Assembly (NCBI GenBank): GCA_943348815.1
Contig: CALQYT010000004.1
Location: forward strand, 11,617 to 58,073
Direction: 5' to 3'
Source: Candidatus Nomurabacteria bacterium
GTDB taxonomy: Bacteria; Patescibacteriota; Minisyncoccia; Phycocordibacterales; SBAW01
DNA: 46,457 bases
Shown here: piece by piece, positions 9,291 through 18,621 of the stretch
Layout: the number at the start of each line of letters is the position of its first letter
How positions within the stretch are numbered: the stretch's first letter is position 1
Notes under the pieces: generated by a model
What the model was told of the DNA's origin: nothing
Seen by the model: only the letters and a program-made list of their open reading frames with translations
Database searches by the model: none
Program-made: the position numbers and the translations under genes

Positions 9291-10037
9291 ATGCTAGTCG
9301 ACGGCAAAAAAGTAGCCGAGGAGGTGCTAAAGGGGTTAGAAAGGGAGCGTAAGCACTTTGGCGCGCTCAAGCTCGGGCTTGTGATGGAGGGTGGCGACGC
9401 GGCAACCGAGTCGTTTGTCAAAATTAAATCGCGGATTGCGGAGCGTCTTAAAATTACAACCGCGCGCTACTCGCCGCAGGAAATGTCGAAGGCAATAAAA
9501 GAGTGCGACGGGATAATCGTGCAGCTGCCGATCGCACACGATGCCGAGTTGTTGGCCAAACTTCCTCCCGGGAAAGATATCGATGGACTTTCTAAAAAAC
9601 CAGTCGTGCGCCCGCCGGTCGCCGAAGCGATCTGCGAGATTTTTGACCGATGTAACATAGCGGCGCGCGGTAAGCATGCGGTGGTGGTCGGCGCGGGGCG
9701 TTTGGTGGGTGCACCGGCGGCCGAACTTTTGCGTGACTTGGGTGCCAAAGTTGAGGTAGTAACCGAGCACGACTCGCTCGAGCCGCTACACTTTGCCGAC
9801 ATTGTGGTGTTGGGTGCGGGCAAGCCCGGGCTCATTGAACCGGACATGTTGCACCGCGGGGTGGTGTTGATTGACGCGGGCACCAGCGAGCAGGGCGGCA
9901 AAGTCAAAGGCGATGCGCGGCCCTCCTGCGCCAATGTAGCCTCGGTCTTTACCCCCGTCCCGGGTGGGGTGGGCCCTATTGCAGTGGCGATGATTTTCAA
10001 AAATTTGTTCGTACTTGCAAGACGAAACAAGAAGTGA
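9291..10037 (+). CDS. folD: Bifunctional methylene-THF dehydrogenase/cyclohydrolase (short CPR form)
   Basis: DGIIVQLP, KDIDGL, VVVGAGRLVGAP, IDAGT, GD, TPVPGGVGPIAVAMIFKN. Confidence 0.9.
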   Translation: MLVDGKKVAEEVLKGLERERKHFGALKLGLVMEGGDAATESFVKIKSRIAERLKITTARYSPQEMSKAIKECDGIIVQLPIAHDAELLAKLPPGKDIDGLSKKPVVRPPVAEAICEIFDRCNIAARGKHAVVVGAGRLVGAPAAELLRDLGAKVEVVTEHDSLEPLHFADIVVLGAGKPGLIEPDMLHRGVVLIDAGTSEQGGKVKGDARPSCANVASVFTPVPGGVGPIAVAMIFKNLFVLARRNKK

Positions 10038-10049
10038 TTCTCTAAGGGC

Positions 10050-10736
10050 ATGGCGGCCTTCCTCAAAGACGGCACGATAGCCGACTTTCAGGCCTTTAAC
10101 CATGTCGTGTACGGTCGTATCGACGACCGCTATTACGCCACGTGGGATCTCCTCAACCAACAGCAGCGCTTTACGATGCGGGCGCTCAAGGGTATCCGCA
10201 AACGCGATACCGAGAAACTCAAACTCAATTTGCTAGTCTCAATGTCGTTTTTAATGGCGATTGCAAACCGCTTTCATATCAATGTTGAGGAAGAAATGTG
10301 GCGAAGATTCCCAACCCTTTGTTCTTATTGTGGTAAACATATTTGCGCGTGCAAAACTATCAAGCCCCGTAACCGTAAAGAGGTCGTGATTGATAATCGG
10401 TTGCGCCCCAAAAATATGCTGGGCTTTCAAAAAATGTTTGCAAAAATTTATCCGCCCGCAAAACGCACCTTGGCTGATGCGGGCGTGCACTTGGCCGAAG
10501 AAGCGGGAGAGGTGTCAGAGGCCATTCATAATTTTATTGGTCAACACAAAATGCGACAGCTCGAGGATATTAAACTTGAGATTGCCGATTATCTTTCGTG
10601 TCTGTTTGGTGTCGCCAATTCGGCAAAAATAAACGTTGCCGGAGAGCTTGCGCGCATGTTTAAAAACAATTGTCACGTCTGCCACAAAGCCCCGTGCACC
10701 TGCACCTTCGCCTCGGTCACCCGGTATAGGTCTTAA
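10050..10736 (+). CDS. Tandem MazG-like NTP pyrophosphohydrolase with two CxxC...CxC motifs
   Basis: HLAEEAGEVSEAI...LEIADYL MazG motif; CSYCGKHICAC and CHVCHKAPCTC. Confidence 0.75.
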   Translation: MAAFLKDGTIADFQAFNHVVYGRIDDRYYATWDLLNQQQRFTMRALKGIRKRDTEKLKLNLLVSMSFLMAIANRFHINVEEEMWRRFPTLCSYCGKHICACKTIKPRNRKEVVIDNRLRPKNMLGFQKMFAKIYPPAKRTLADAGVHLAEEAGEVSEAIHNFIGQHKMRQLEDIKLEIADYLSCLFGVANSAKINVAGELARMFKNNCHVCHKAPCTCTFASVTRYRS

Positions 10737-10740
10737 AATT

Positions 10741-10776
10741 AAAACACCCCAAGCGGTGGTTACCGCTCGGGGCTTT
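10741..10776 (-). terminator. Terminator between convergent genes
   Basis: cccc-aagcggt-ggtt-accgct-cgggg stem; on the - strand followed by TGTTTTAATTTT. Confidence 0.65.
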
Positions 10777-10792
10777 AGATATCTGCGCCGAT

Positions 10793-11350
10793 TTACTTTT
10801 TCTCGAGCAACTGGTCGGCGAGCGCAATAAGCGCTATTTTTATGTTGTGGTCGATTTCCACACCCGAGCTTATCAATTCGTCGAGCAGGGGAATGAATGC
10901 GACGATCACGCCAGTCACCTTCGTCTTCAAGTGGTTGTAGAGACGCTCAAGGACCCAACCGTTGGGTTCTTGCTCAAGCGCCGCCTTGAAGATGCTGACC
11001 TGGTCAGCGACCGGGATCTTCTGATACGCAGCGAAGAGCCGATTCCACAGGTCGCCGTTATCCGTGAGCACCCGTCCGTTCTGCTCCTTAAACTCGAGGT
11101 CGAAGATTTCGAGGAGAACCAAAGCGTCGATCTTGTCGTCACCGATCTCGTTGAGATAGGGCTCAATTACAGCCCCCTCGATTTCCTCATAGGGGTAATT
11201 GCCTTCAAGCGGCTGGCCGTCTTGATGTAGCTTAAGCCAATCAGCAAAACGCTCGGCAAGTGGTGCGCCTGTGTAAACGCGCACAAACGCCGAAAGCGCT
11301 GCTTCATCTGTGTCGGTGATCGCTCGGGACACGTCGTCGTAGCGGGGCAT
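10793..11350 (-). CDS. Hypothetical acidic alpha-helical protein (stand-alone cassette with strong SD)
   Basis: 185 aa ORF; AAAGGAGG 5 nt before ATG; TTGCCA...TATAAAT upstream; own terminator. Confidence 0.78.
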   Translation of the reverse strand: MPRYDDVSRAITDTDEAALSAFVRVYTGAPLAERFADWLKLHQDGQPLEGNYPYEEIEGAVIEPYLNEIGDDKIDALVLLEIFDLEFKEQNGRVLTDNGDLWNRLFAAYQKIPVADQVSIFKAALEQEPNGWVLERLYNHLKTKVTGVIVAFIPLLDELISSGVEIDHNIKIALIALADQLLEKK

Positions 11351-11451
11351 GATGTCCTCCTTTCCCGCTGGAACTTTCGTGACATTTATATCACGATTTT
11401 TAAAAATGGCAACTGCTGCAAAAAGGGCAAAATTTTGTTATGGTTGAGCGC

Positions 11452-12798
11452 ATGTTTGCCATACGGTATTGGGCGGTGGTTGTTTTGATTGCGGCGGCGG
11501 CCATAGGCTTTTTTGTATATGCCACCACTGGTTCGACAGGCTCACCACAAGCGGGGCAGGGTCGCTTTGACTTTAAACTCGGGCTCGACCTCTCGGGCGG
11601 CACACATCTGGTTTACACGGTGGACTCCAGCAAGGTCGCCAAGGCTGACATCGCCGATGCGCTTACGTCGCTGAGGCAAGTGATAGAGCGCCGCGTCAAC
11701 GCCTTTGGGGTTGGCGAGCCGGTAGTGCAGGTTGAGCAGGGCGGCGCCTTGGGTAATGGCCAGTATCGATTGGTGGTTGAGCTCCCGGGCGTTACCGACA
11801 CACAAGAGGCAATCAAGCGCATTGGTGAGACGCCGGTATTGGAATTTAAATTAGTAAAAAAAGGTCAAGAACAAAATCTCACCGACACCACGGGCAATGC
11901 TATTGCAACTTCGTTTGAAGACACCGGATTGACCGGAAAATATTTGACGCGCGCGACGCTCCAATTTGGCAACGGTTCGACCCAGAGTTTACAGCAACCG
12001 GTGGTGCGCGTTGACTTTAATAGTCAGGGTGCGCAACTCTTTGGCGACATCACGTCTAAAAACACGGGCCGACTTTTGGGCATCTTCCTCGACAATCGTT
12101 TGATTTCCGCGCCGGTGATCCAAGAAAAAATTACTGATGGCACGGCTATAATTTCGGGTAATTTTACCGCCGATGTGGCGCGCGAGATGGTGCGCAACCT
12201 TAACCTCGGCGCCTTGCCTCTCCCGATCGCGCTCGAAAACACGCAAACCATCGGCGCAACGCTCGGCCAAGATGCGCTGCACGCGGGAGTCTATGCGGGC
12301 ATTATTGGTTTTATCCTCCTTTCTATATTTATGATCCTCTGGTACCGCTTGCCGGGTGTTGTGGCGGTAGTCTCGCTCTTAATCTACGTCGTGTTGATGC
12401 TCGCACTCTTTAAACTCATCCCCGTGGTGCTTACGGCGGCCGGTATCGCAGGCTTTATCCTTTCGGTCGGTTTGGCGGTAGATGCCAACGTGCTGATTGC
12501 CGAGCGTATAAAAGAGGAGTTAGCAGCGGGCAACAAAGCGCAGCATGCAATCCGCGAGGGTTTTGCCCGCGCGTGGTTGGCGATCCGCGACTCCAACATT
12601 GCGCACATTATCGCGGCAGTAATCTTGTTTTGGTTTTCAACTTCGCTCATCAAAGGTTTTGCCTTGGTGTTTGGACTTGGAGTATTAATTTCGATGCTCT
12701 CGGCTATCACCATATCGCGCACGTTCTTGCTGGCGCTCGGGCTTAACACGGAGTCGAAGGTTGGACGCTTCTTAATGCGCTCAGGACTCAACAAATAG
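11452..12798 (+). CDS. secD: Protein translocase subunit SecD
   Basis: KLGLDLSGGTHLVY, RRVNAFGVGEP, LNLGALP, IGATLG, GLAVDANVLIAERIKEE, IKGFA. Confidence 0.95.
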   Translation: MFAIRYWAVVVLIAAAAIGFFVYATTGSTGSPQAGQGRFDFKLGLDLSGGTHLVYTVDSSKVAKADIADALTSLRQVIERRVNAFGVGEPVVQVEQGGALGNGQYRLVVELPGVTDTQEAIKRIGETPVLEFKLVKKGQEQNLTDTTGNAIATSFEDTGLTGKYLTRATLQFGNGSTQSLQQPVVRVDFNSQGAQLFGDITSKNTGRLLGIFLDNRLISAPVIQEKITDGTAIISGNFTADVAREMVRNLNLGALPLPIALENTQTIGATLGQDALHAGVYAGIIGFILLSIFMILWYRLPGVVAVVSLLIYVVLMLALFKLIPVVLTAAGIAGFILSVGLAVDANVLIAERIKEELAAGNKAQHAIREGFARAWLAIRDSNIAHIIAAVILFWFSTSLIKGFALVFGLGVLISMLSAITISRTFLLALGLNTESKVGRFLMRSGLNK

Positions 12799-12800
12799 TC

Positions 12801-13454
12801 ATGCACGTTTTTTCTTACAGACTAGCACTTGGGTTGGCGGGCATTGCACTGGCGGCGCCCTTGTTTACACAAGCAAGCTTACCCATACTTGATATGTGCG
12901 GCTCGCCGGTTGAGGTAGGTGGAAAGTACTACGTATTTGGAGCAACTGAGCGATATAAAATTGGTGAGCTAGACTTGCCTCCGGAGATTCGGATCTCAAA
13001 CAATGGTACGACGGATATCCTTGTTGCGTATGGAACCAACGGTCCACATAGTAAGCCGGTCATACTTGAGACCACGATGGGGAGATACAAACTGACGAGC
13101 GAATATATCGAAGGCAAGGGAAATTTCACTAAGTTTAAATGGGATTCTCAAACGCAAACTTGGATACCTCAAGACGAAAATAGTATAGGTGGGTATACGG
13201 CAATCCCTTTGCAATACATAGTAGGTGTGCCCACGGAAAAACCTCAAAAAACGGTTGGGACTACGACAACACAATTTGTTATAAAGGCGCTTTATGGAGA
13301 CAAACCTATAGAGATACACGGAAGCCGAGAAGTTGTAGGGGCAATGCGCATGTGTACTGACGAAGAAAAAATCCAGCACGATCAAATTGCTGCAATGTCC
13401 AAGCCCTCATTTTTGGGTAAGGTATTCGCTTGGTTTTTTAATTTCTTTAAATAA
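12801..13454 (+). CDS. Hypothetical secreted protein inserted between secD and secF
   Basis: Signal peptide, AT-richer body, C-terminal amphipathic aromatic tail FLGKVFAWFFNFFK. Confidence 0.75.
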   Translation: MHVFSYRLALGLAGIALAAPLFTQASLPILDMCGSPVEVGGKYYVFGATERYKIGELDLPPEIRISNNGTTDILVAYGTNGPHSKPVILETTMGRYKLTSEYIEGKGNFTKFKWDSQTQTWIPQDENSIGGYTAIPLQYIVGVPTEKPQKTVGTTTTQFVIKALYGDKPIEIHGSREVVGAMRMCTDEEKIQHDQIAAMSKPSFLGKVFAWFFNFFK

Positions 13455-13460
13455 AAGACT

Positions 13461-14360
13461 ATGAACATCTCTAAAAATTTAAATTACTTTTTTATTCTCC
13501 CGGCGGTGCTCAGCATTGCTGCAGTTATTGCACTGCTGGTCTGGGGACTTAAGCCGGGTATCGACCTCTCGGGCGGCTCGCTCTTGCAGGCGACTTTTTC
13601 TGGAAGTCGTCCCGACTCCACTGCCGTCCAGGCAGTGTTGGGGGGATTGAATCTCGGCGAAGTGCGCGTGCAGCCTGCCGACACGAGTAGCTACATCATC
13701 CGCACGCGCGCGCTGAGCGAGCAGGAGCACCAGGCGGCCAACCAGGCGCTCGCAAAACTTGGCACCGTGCACGAAGATCAGTTTACGACCGTTGGTCCGA
13801 CCATCGGCGCAGAACTTTTGCAAAAAGCATGGATCGCGATCGTGTTGGTGGTCCTTTGCATCATTGCGTTTATTGCCTTTGCCTTCCGCGGTGTTTCTAA
13901 ACCGGTCGCGTCGTGGAAATATGGTGTGGTAGTTATTGTGACGCTGCTGCACGACATACTGGTCCCGGCAGGATTTTTTGCCGTCTTTGCACATTTTGTA
14001 GGTGCCGAAGTTGATTCGCTCTTTATTCTTGCCCTCCTCACGATTCTTGGTATCTCGATCAACGACACTATTGTGGTGTTGGACCGCATCCGCGAAAACC
14101 TCGGCTACAACCACGAGCACAGCAAGCGCGAGGAGTTTGACCAAGTGGTGGGCCGCAGCATCATGCAAACGCTCGCGCGCTCTATCAACACTTCGGTAAC
14201 GGTAGTCATCGTGCTCGCGGCGCTCTACTTTATGGGGCCTGAAACCACTAAAAACCTTGCACTCATGCTCATTGTCGGTATGATCGCGGGCACCTACTCA
14301 TCGATCTTCCTCGCGAGCCCATTGTTGGTACTCTGGCAGCGCTGGTCTGGGCAAAAATAA
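13461..14360 (+). CDS. secF: Protein translocase subunit SecF
   Basis: GLKPGIDLSGG, VGPTIGAEL, LLHD, GISINDTIVVLDRIREN, RSINTS, GTYSSIFLASP. Confidence 0.95.
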   Translation: MNISKNLNYFFILPAVLSIAAVIALLVWGLKPGIDLSGGSLLQATFSGSRPDSTAVQAVLGGLNLGEVRVQPADTSSYIIRTRALSEQEHQAANQALAKLGTVHEDQFTTVGPTIGAELLQKAWIAIVLVVLCIIAFIAFAFRGVSKPVASWKYGVVVIVTLLHDILVPAGFFAVFAHFVGAEVDSLFILALLTILGISINDTIVVLDRIRENLGYNHEHSKREEFDQVVGRSIMQTLARSINTSVTVVIVLAALYFMGPETTKNLALMLIVGMIAGTYSSIFLASPLLVLWQRWSGQK

Positions 14361-14362
14361 TA

Positions 14363-14917
14363 ATGATCATCGGCATTACCGGCACTTTGGGCGCAGGTAA
14401 GGGCACGGTGGTCGAGTATTTGAAAGGGAAGGGCTTTAAACATTTTGCGGTTTCAGATACTTTTTTGGTAAGCGAGGCACGTCGGCGGGGTCTTGAGCCA
14501 ACCCGCGTGGTGCGGCGCGATATCGCAAATGAGTTTCGTGCAAAAGGCCCGACCAAATTACAGGAAGCAGTGTATGAAATGGCACGGCCGGCGATCGAGG
14601 CAAAAGAAAATGTAATTATCGAACCCCAACATACGGCAGGGGAGGTTGGGTTTATCCAGTCGCTTGGAGGTGTCGAACTTTCAGTGGATGCTGATTTAGA
14701 AATTCGCTACCAACGAATTCAGAAGCGTGGCAGCAGCAAAGATAATGTAACGTTCGAGGAGTTTAAAAAAGAACAGGAATTTGAAATGTCACAGACTGAC
14801 CCAAATATGAATAATCTTGGCGCGGCCATTGCTAAGGCTGACTATCATTTGACCAACAACGGCAATCAAGAAGAACTATTTGCCCAGGTCGAAAAGGCCC
14901 TAGAAAACAGGGGATAA
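14363..14917 (+). CDS. P-loop nucleotide kinase (dephospho-CoA/adenylate kinase-like)
   Basis: MIIGITGTLGAGKGTV Walker A; ADLEIRYQRIQKRG lid; ADYHLTNNG. Confidence 0.8.
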   Translation: MIIGITGTLGAGKGTVVEYLKGKGFKHFAVSDTFLVSEARRRGLEPTRVVRRDIANEFRAKGPTKLQEAVYEMARPAIEAKENVIIEPQHTAGEVGFIQSLGGVELSVDADLEIRYQRIQKRGSSKDNVTFEEFKKEQEFEMSQTDPNMNNLGAAIAKADYHLTNNGNQEELFAQVEKALENRG

Positions 14918-14951
14918 CCCTGGGGAAAAACAGGGGGTAAAAGGGGGATAA
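14909..14951 (+). repeat. Four phased GGGGATAA-like boxes (DnaA-box-like) upstream of the rRNA promoter
   Basis: AGGGGATAA 14909, TGGGGAAAA 14921, AGGGGGTAA 14932, GGGGGATAA 14943; spacing 12, 11 and 11 nt. Confidence 0.55.
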
Positions 14952-14982
14952 ACGGGGCCCTAGCTGAGCCGTATTTCTTCAT

Positions 14983-15010
14983 TTGACATACGGGGTTGGT
15001 CGTATATACT
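14983..15010 (+). promoter_or_regulatory. 16S rRNA promoter
   Basis: TTGACA (14983-88) - 16 nt - TATACT (15005-10). Confidence 0.8.
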
Positions 15011-15055
15011 GTCCCTAACTGTCGGGTCGTGGGATTCTTTCTTTAACCAAAGAAG

Positions 15056-15090
15056 AAACCCCCGCTGCTTGGCGGGTTTGTTTTTTGACA
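15056..15090 (+). promoter_or_regulatory. boxB/boxA-like antitermination element in the rRNA leader
   Basis: Hairpin cccgc-tgcttg-gcggg followed by TGTTTTTTGACA, resembling the boxA consensus GTTCTTTGAAA. Confidence 0.5.
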
Positions 15091-15173
15091 TAAGAATAGA
15101 TAGTGAGCATAAAGAAACACAACTTGTTCAATCAGGTTCGCCTCCACAGGCGAACCGGCAAGAAAAAGCACCT

Positions 15174-15190
15174 CTTTTTCTTGTTCCGTT
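15174..15190 (+). other. 5' arm of the 16S processing stem (pairs with 16912-16928)
   Basis: ctttttcttgttccgtt is the exact reverse complement of aacggaacaagaaaaag (17 bp). Confidence 0.8.
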
Positions 15191-15219
15191 CATCAATCGA
15201 GCAAAAGAGCATTAACTCT

Positions 15220-16683
<1,464 letters not shown>

Positions 16684-16878
16684 GAAATGCGTTTCTGTAT
16701 CTCGTACGAGTACAGAAACTGAATCGGCGATCGTCCCTCCGGAGCGAAAGCTCCGTTCGGGATGGCGAGATAGTACTATTGCTAAATTGTACTCGGTAAT
16801 TGGTTAGATATCGTCATAACCCTCGATGATTCATAGAGTACCCTTTGTTGAGTATACGAAGGTGGAAAATGGATCTTG

Positions 16879-16980
16879 GTCGCCGTCGCCGAAAGGCTAT
16901 GGCGGACTAAAAACGGAACAAGAAAAAGGTGTGTTTTTTAAGTCCCGACGTAAAGTCGGGATCCCGACCGAAGCGTCGGG
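16879..16980. repeat. Cluster of REP-like palindromes after the 16S
   Basis: cgccgtcgcc-gaaa-ggctatggcg (16881-16904); cccgac-gtaaa-gtcggg and cccgac-cgaagc-gtcggg (16943-16980). Confidence 0.6.
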
Positions 16981-17093
16981 GCTCACAAGCAGAGAGGCCC
17001 AACGAAAGAAGGGTGTTTTTGTCGTGCGTGCGTGGCTTTTTTATAAAAATGTGTTATGATGTTTGGGACGATCAATCAACAGGGGAGACCGTC

Positions 17094-17210
17094 GTGAAGT
17101 TCCTCGCAGGACTCTATATGGCGTTCGTCGTCTTTCCGCGGATGTTGGTGCGGCAAGAGTTGCACCGTCGCGGCTATGCGGTGGATATGCGGAAGCTGGA
17201 CGGCGACTGA
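17094..17210 (+). CDS. Small hydrophobic peptide (38 aa)
   Basis: TGtTATGAT promoter (17052-60), AGGGGAG 6 nt before GTG; MKFLAGLYMAFVVFPRMLVRQELHRRGYAVDMRKLDGD. Confidence 0.5.
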   Translation: MKFLAGLYMAFVVFPRMLVRQELHRRGYAVDMRKLDGD

Positions 17211-17305
17211 TGTACAACACACTCCAGTTCTTCATCTTTCTGTTCGGCCTCTGTGTCGACCGGAAGTTTCGGGAGGCATTCTTTGCCCCCGACCATCCTG
17301 CCTAA
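17210..17305 (+). CDS. Small hydrophobic peptide (31 aa)
   Basis: TGATG overlap with the previous ORF; MYNTLQFFIFLFGLCVDRKFREAFFAPDHPA; terminator follows immediately. Confidence 0.45.
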   Translation: MYNTLQFFIFLFGLCVDRKFREAFFAPDHPA

Positions 17306-17332
17306 ACTAGCTGCTCGTGCGGCTGGTTTTTT
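17304..17332 (+). terminator. Intrinsic terminator
   Basis: aaactagctgc-tcgt-gcggctggttt followed by a T tract. Confidence 0.65.
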
Positions 17333-17367
17333 GTTTTAAAAGCGTGCTATAACGAAGAAGTACAGTC

Positions 17368-17451
17368 ACGGAGGTGGAAGTACCATGCAGCGATGCATGC
17401 TGGAGAGCTCTCCGCTTCGGCAGGAGGGTGCCGCTTTTCTCACCGCCACGT
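17368..17451 (+). ncRNA. Candidate small structured RNA (three-way junction with GCGA and cUUCGg tetraloops)
   Basis: atgca-GCGA-tgcat (17385-98); gctctccg-cUUCGg-caggagggt (17407-29); closing ggtggaag/cttttctcacc; TGcTATAAC upstream; strong hairpin at 17498-17528 downstream. Confidence 0.45.
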
Positions 17452-17553
17452 AGTCAGCCCACAGGAGCTCCTCGGACAGAAATTCAATACGTTTCAGCGC
17501 CCCGGCTTCTCACACACGAGCCGGGGCGTCTGCTATGTAAAACTCTAATTTAG

Positions 17554-17626
17554 TGCGGGCGCTAGGGATCGAACCTAGGACCTTTCGAGTATCAGTCGAA
17601 TGCTCTACCAACTGAGCTACGCCCGC
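17554..17626 (-). tRNA. tRNA-Ile(GAT), CCA not encoded
   Basis: GCGGGCGTAGCTCAGTTGGTAGAGCA-TTCGA-CTGATAC-TCGAA-AGGTC-CTAGGTTCGATCCCTAG-CGCCCGCA; TGcTACTAT promoter 9 nt upstream. Confidence 0.93.
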
Positions 17627-17700
17627 GACGATCGCATAGTAGCAAATATTTTGTTAGGATGGTAGCGTCGCTGTTGCGGTAGTAGTAAGGGAGATGCAGC

Positions 17701-18111
17701 ATGGATACCAAGGTCGAGCCCAAAGTTCTTTGCGGACGATTTGCTGAAAGGCTAATCGGACCGATGGTTGGAGCAGAAGCAACCGTCAGAATTAAAAAGA
17801 AAGGAGTTGGCTGGGAGATTATCCAGATTCTCACGCTCCACCAGTTGCCACTTGTTTTGCCGGAGACAATAACAGGCCCCATTACACGCAAGATGAAATG
17901 GTTTAACAAGATCCGAGGCTATGGCTTCGTGCAAGGGATCGCAGACGGCTATGAACTTTTCCTGCATGTCGATCTAATTAAGCGTTGTGGTATTGATCCC
18001 GATCGTCTCGTGGAGGGTACTGATGTGGTGGTGTCCTACGGCACCAACTCCAATAACGGGAAACTCACCGTTACCGACATCGCGCTCGCGCCTGAGCCCG
18101 CTAAAGTTTAA
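17701..18111 (+). CDS. Cold-shock (CSD) domain protein with N-terminal extension
   Basis: KMKWFNKIRGYGFV and ELFLHV (RNP1/RNP2); TGtTAGGAT promoter; AAGGGAG 7 nt before ATG. Confidence 0.82.
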   Translation: MDTKVEPKVLCGRFAERLIGPMVGAEATVRIKKKGVGWEIIQILTLHQLPLVLPETITGPITRKMKWFNKIRGYGFVQGIADGYELFLHVDLIKRCGIDPDRLVEGTDVVVSYGTNSNNGKLTVTDIALAPEPAKV

Positions 18112-18135
18112 GAGCCTTTTCGAGGGCTCTTTTTT
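18110..18135 (+). terminator. Intrinsic terminator
   Basis: aagagcctt-ttcg-agggctctt followed by TTTT. Confidence 0.75.
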
Positions 18136-18152
18136 GTTGCTATAGTGATCGC

Positions 18153-18563
18153 ATGGAAGACCGCTCAGAGCATTTTGTTGGCAAAGTCGCTCAAAAGGCG
18201 ATTATCGAGCGGGATGGAAAAATTTTGGTGTGCAAAGGTATTGGCGACAAGGTATGGGAGTTGCCGGGCGGCAGACTGCATAATGGTGAAAAACCACAAG
18301 AAGGTTTGGCGCGAGAAATCAAAGAAGAAGTTAATTTAGAAATTTCGGTTGGGAAACCCGTTTTTATTGACAAGTCATACCACGGTAAAGAAAAAGCCGA
18401 CCAACTTTTTGTTACGTATGCGTGTACGGTAATCGGCGGCGAGTTTAAGGCAGATCCAGGAGAGGTTGAAGACTATTGTTGGGTCGCTCAAAAAGAAGCT
18501 CTCGCGCTACCGTTGTTTGAAGATTGCAGGGCTGCCCTGCGGGCTTATTTTGGTGTAAGGTAA
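18153..18563 (+). CDS. NUDIX hydrolase
   Basis: WELPGGRLHNGEKPQEGLAREIKEEVNL Nudix box. Confidence 0.9.
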   Translation: MEDRSEHFVGKVAQKAIIERDGKILVCKGIGDKVWELPGGRLHNGEKPQEGLAREIKEEVNLEISVGKPVFIDKSYHGKEKADQLFVTYACTVIGGEFKADPGEVEDYCWVAQKEALALPLFEDCRAALRAYFGVR

Positions 18564-18621
18564 GGTTCCTCTTTTTTGGAATTGGTATACGCTATTGTCT
18601 CAGGAATGATATACTTAGCTT

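Noticed and set aside
16826-17235. ORFs 16826-17059, the 5' part of 16929-17210, and 17041-17235(-)
   Set aside because: They overlap the processing stem and palindromes; only the SD-preceded GTG at 17094 is supported.
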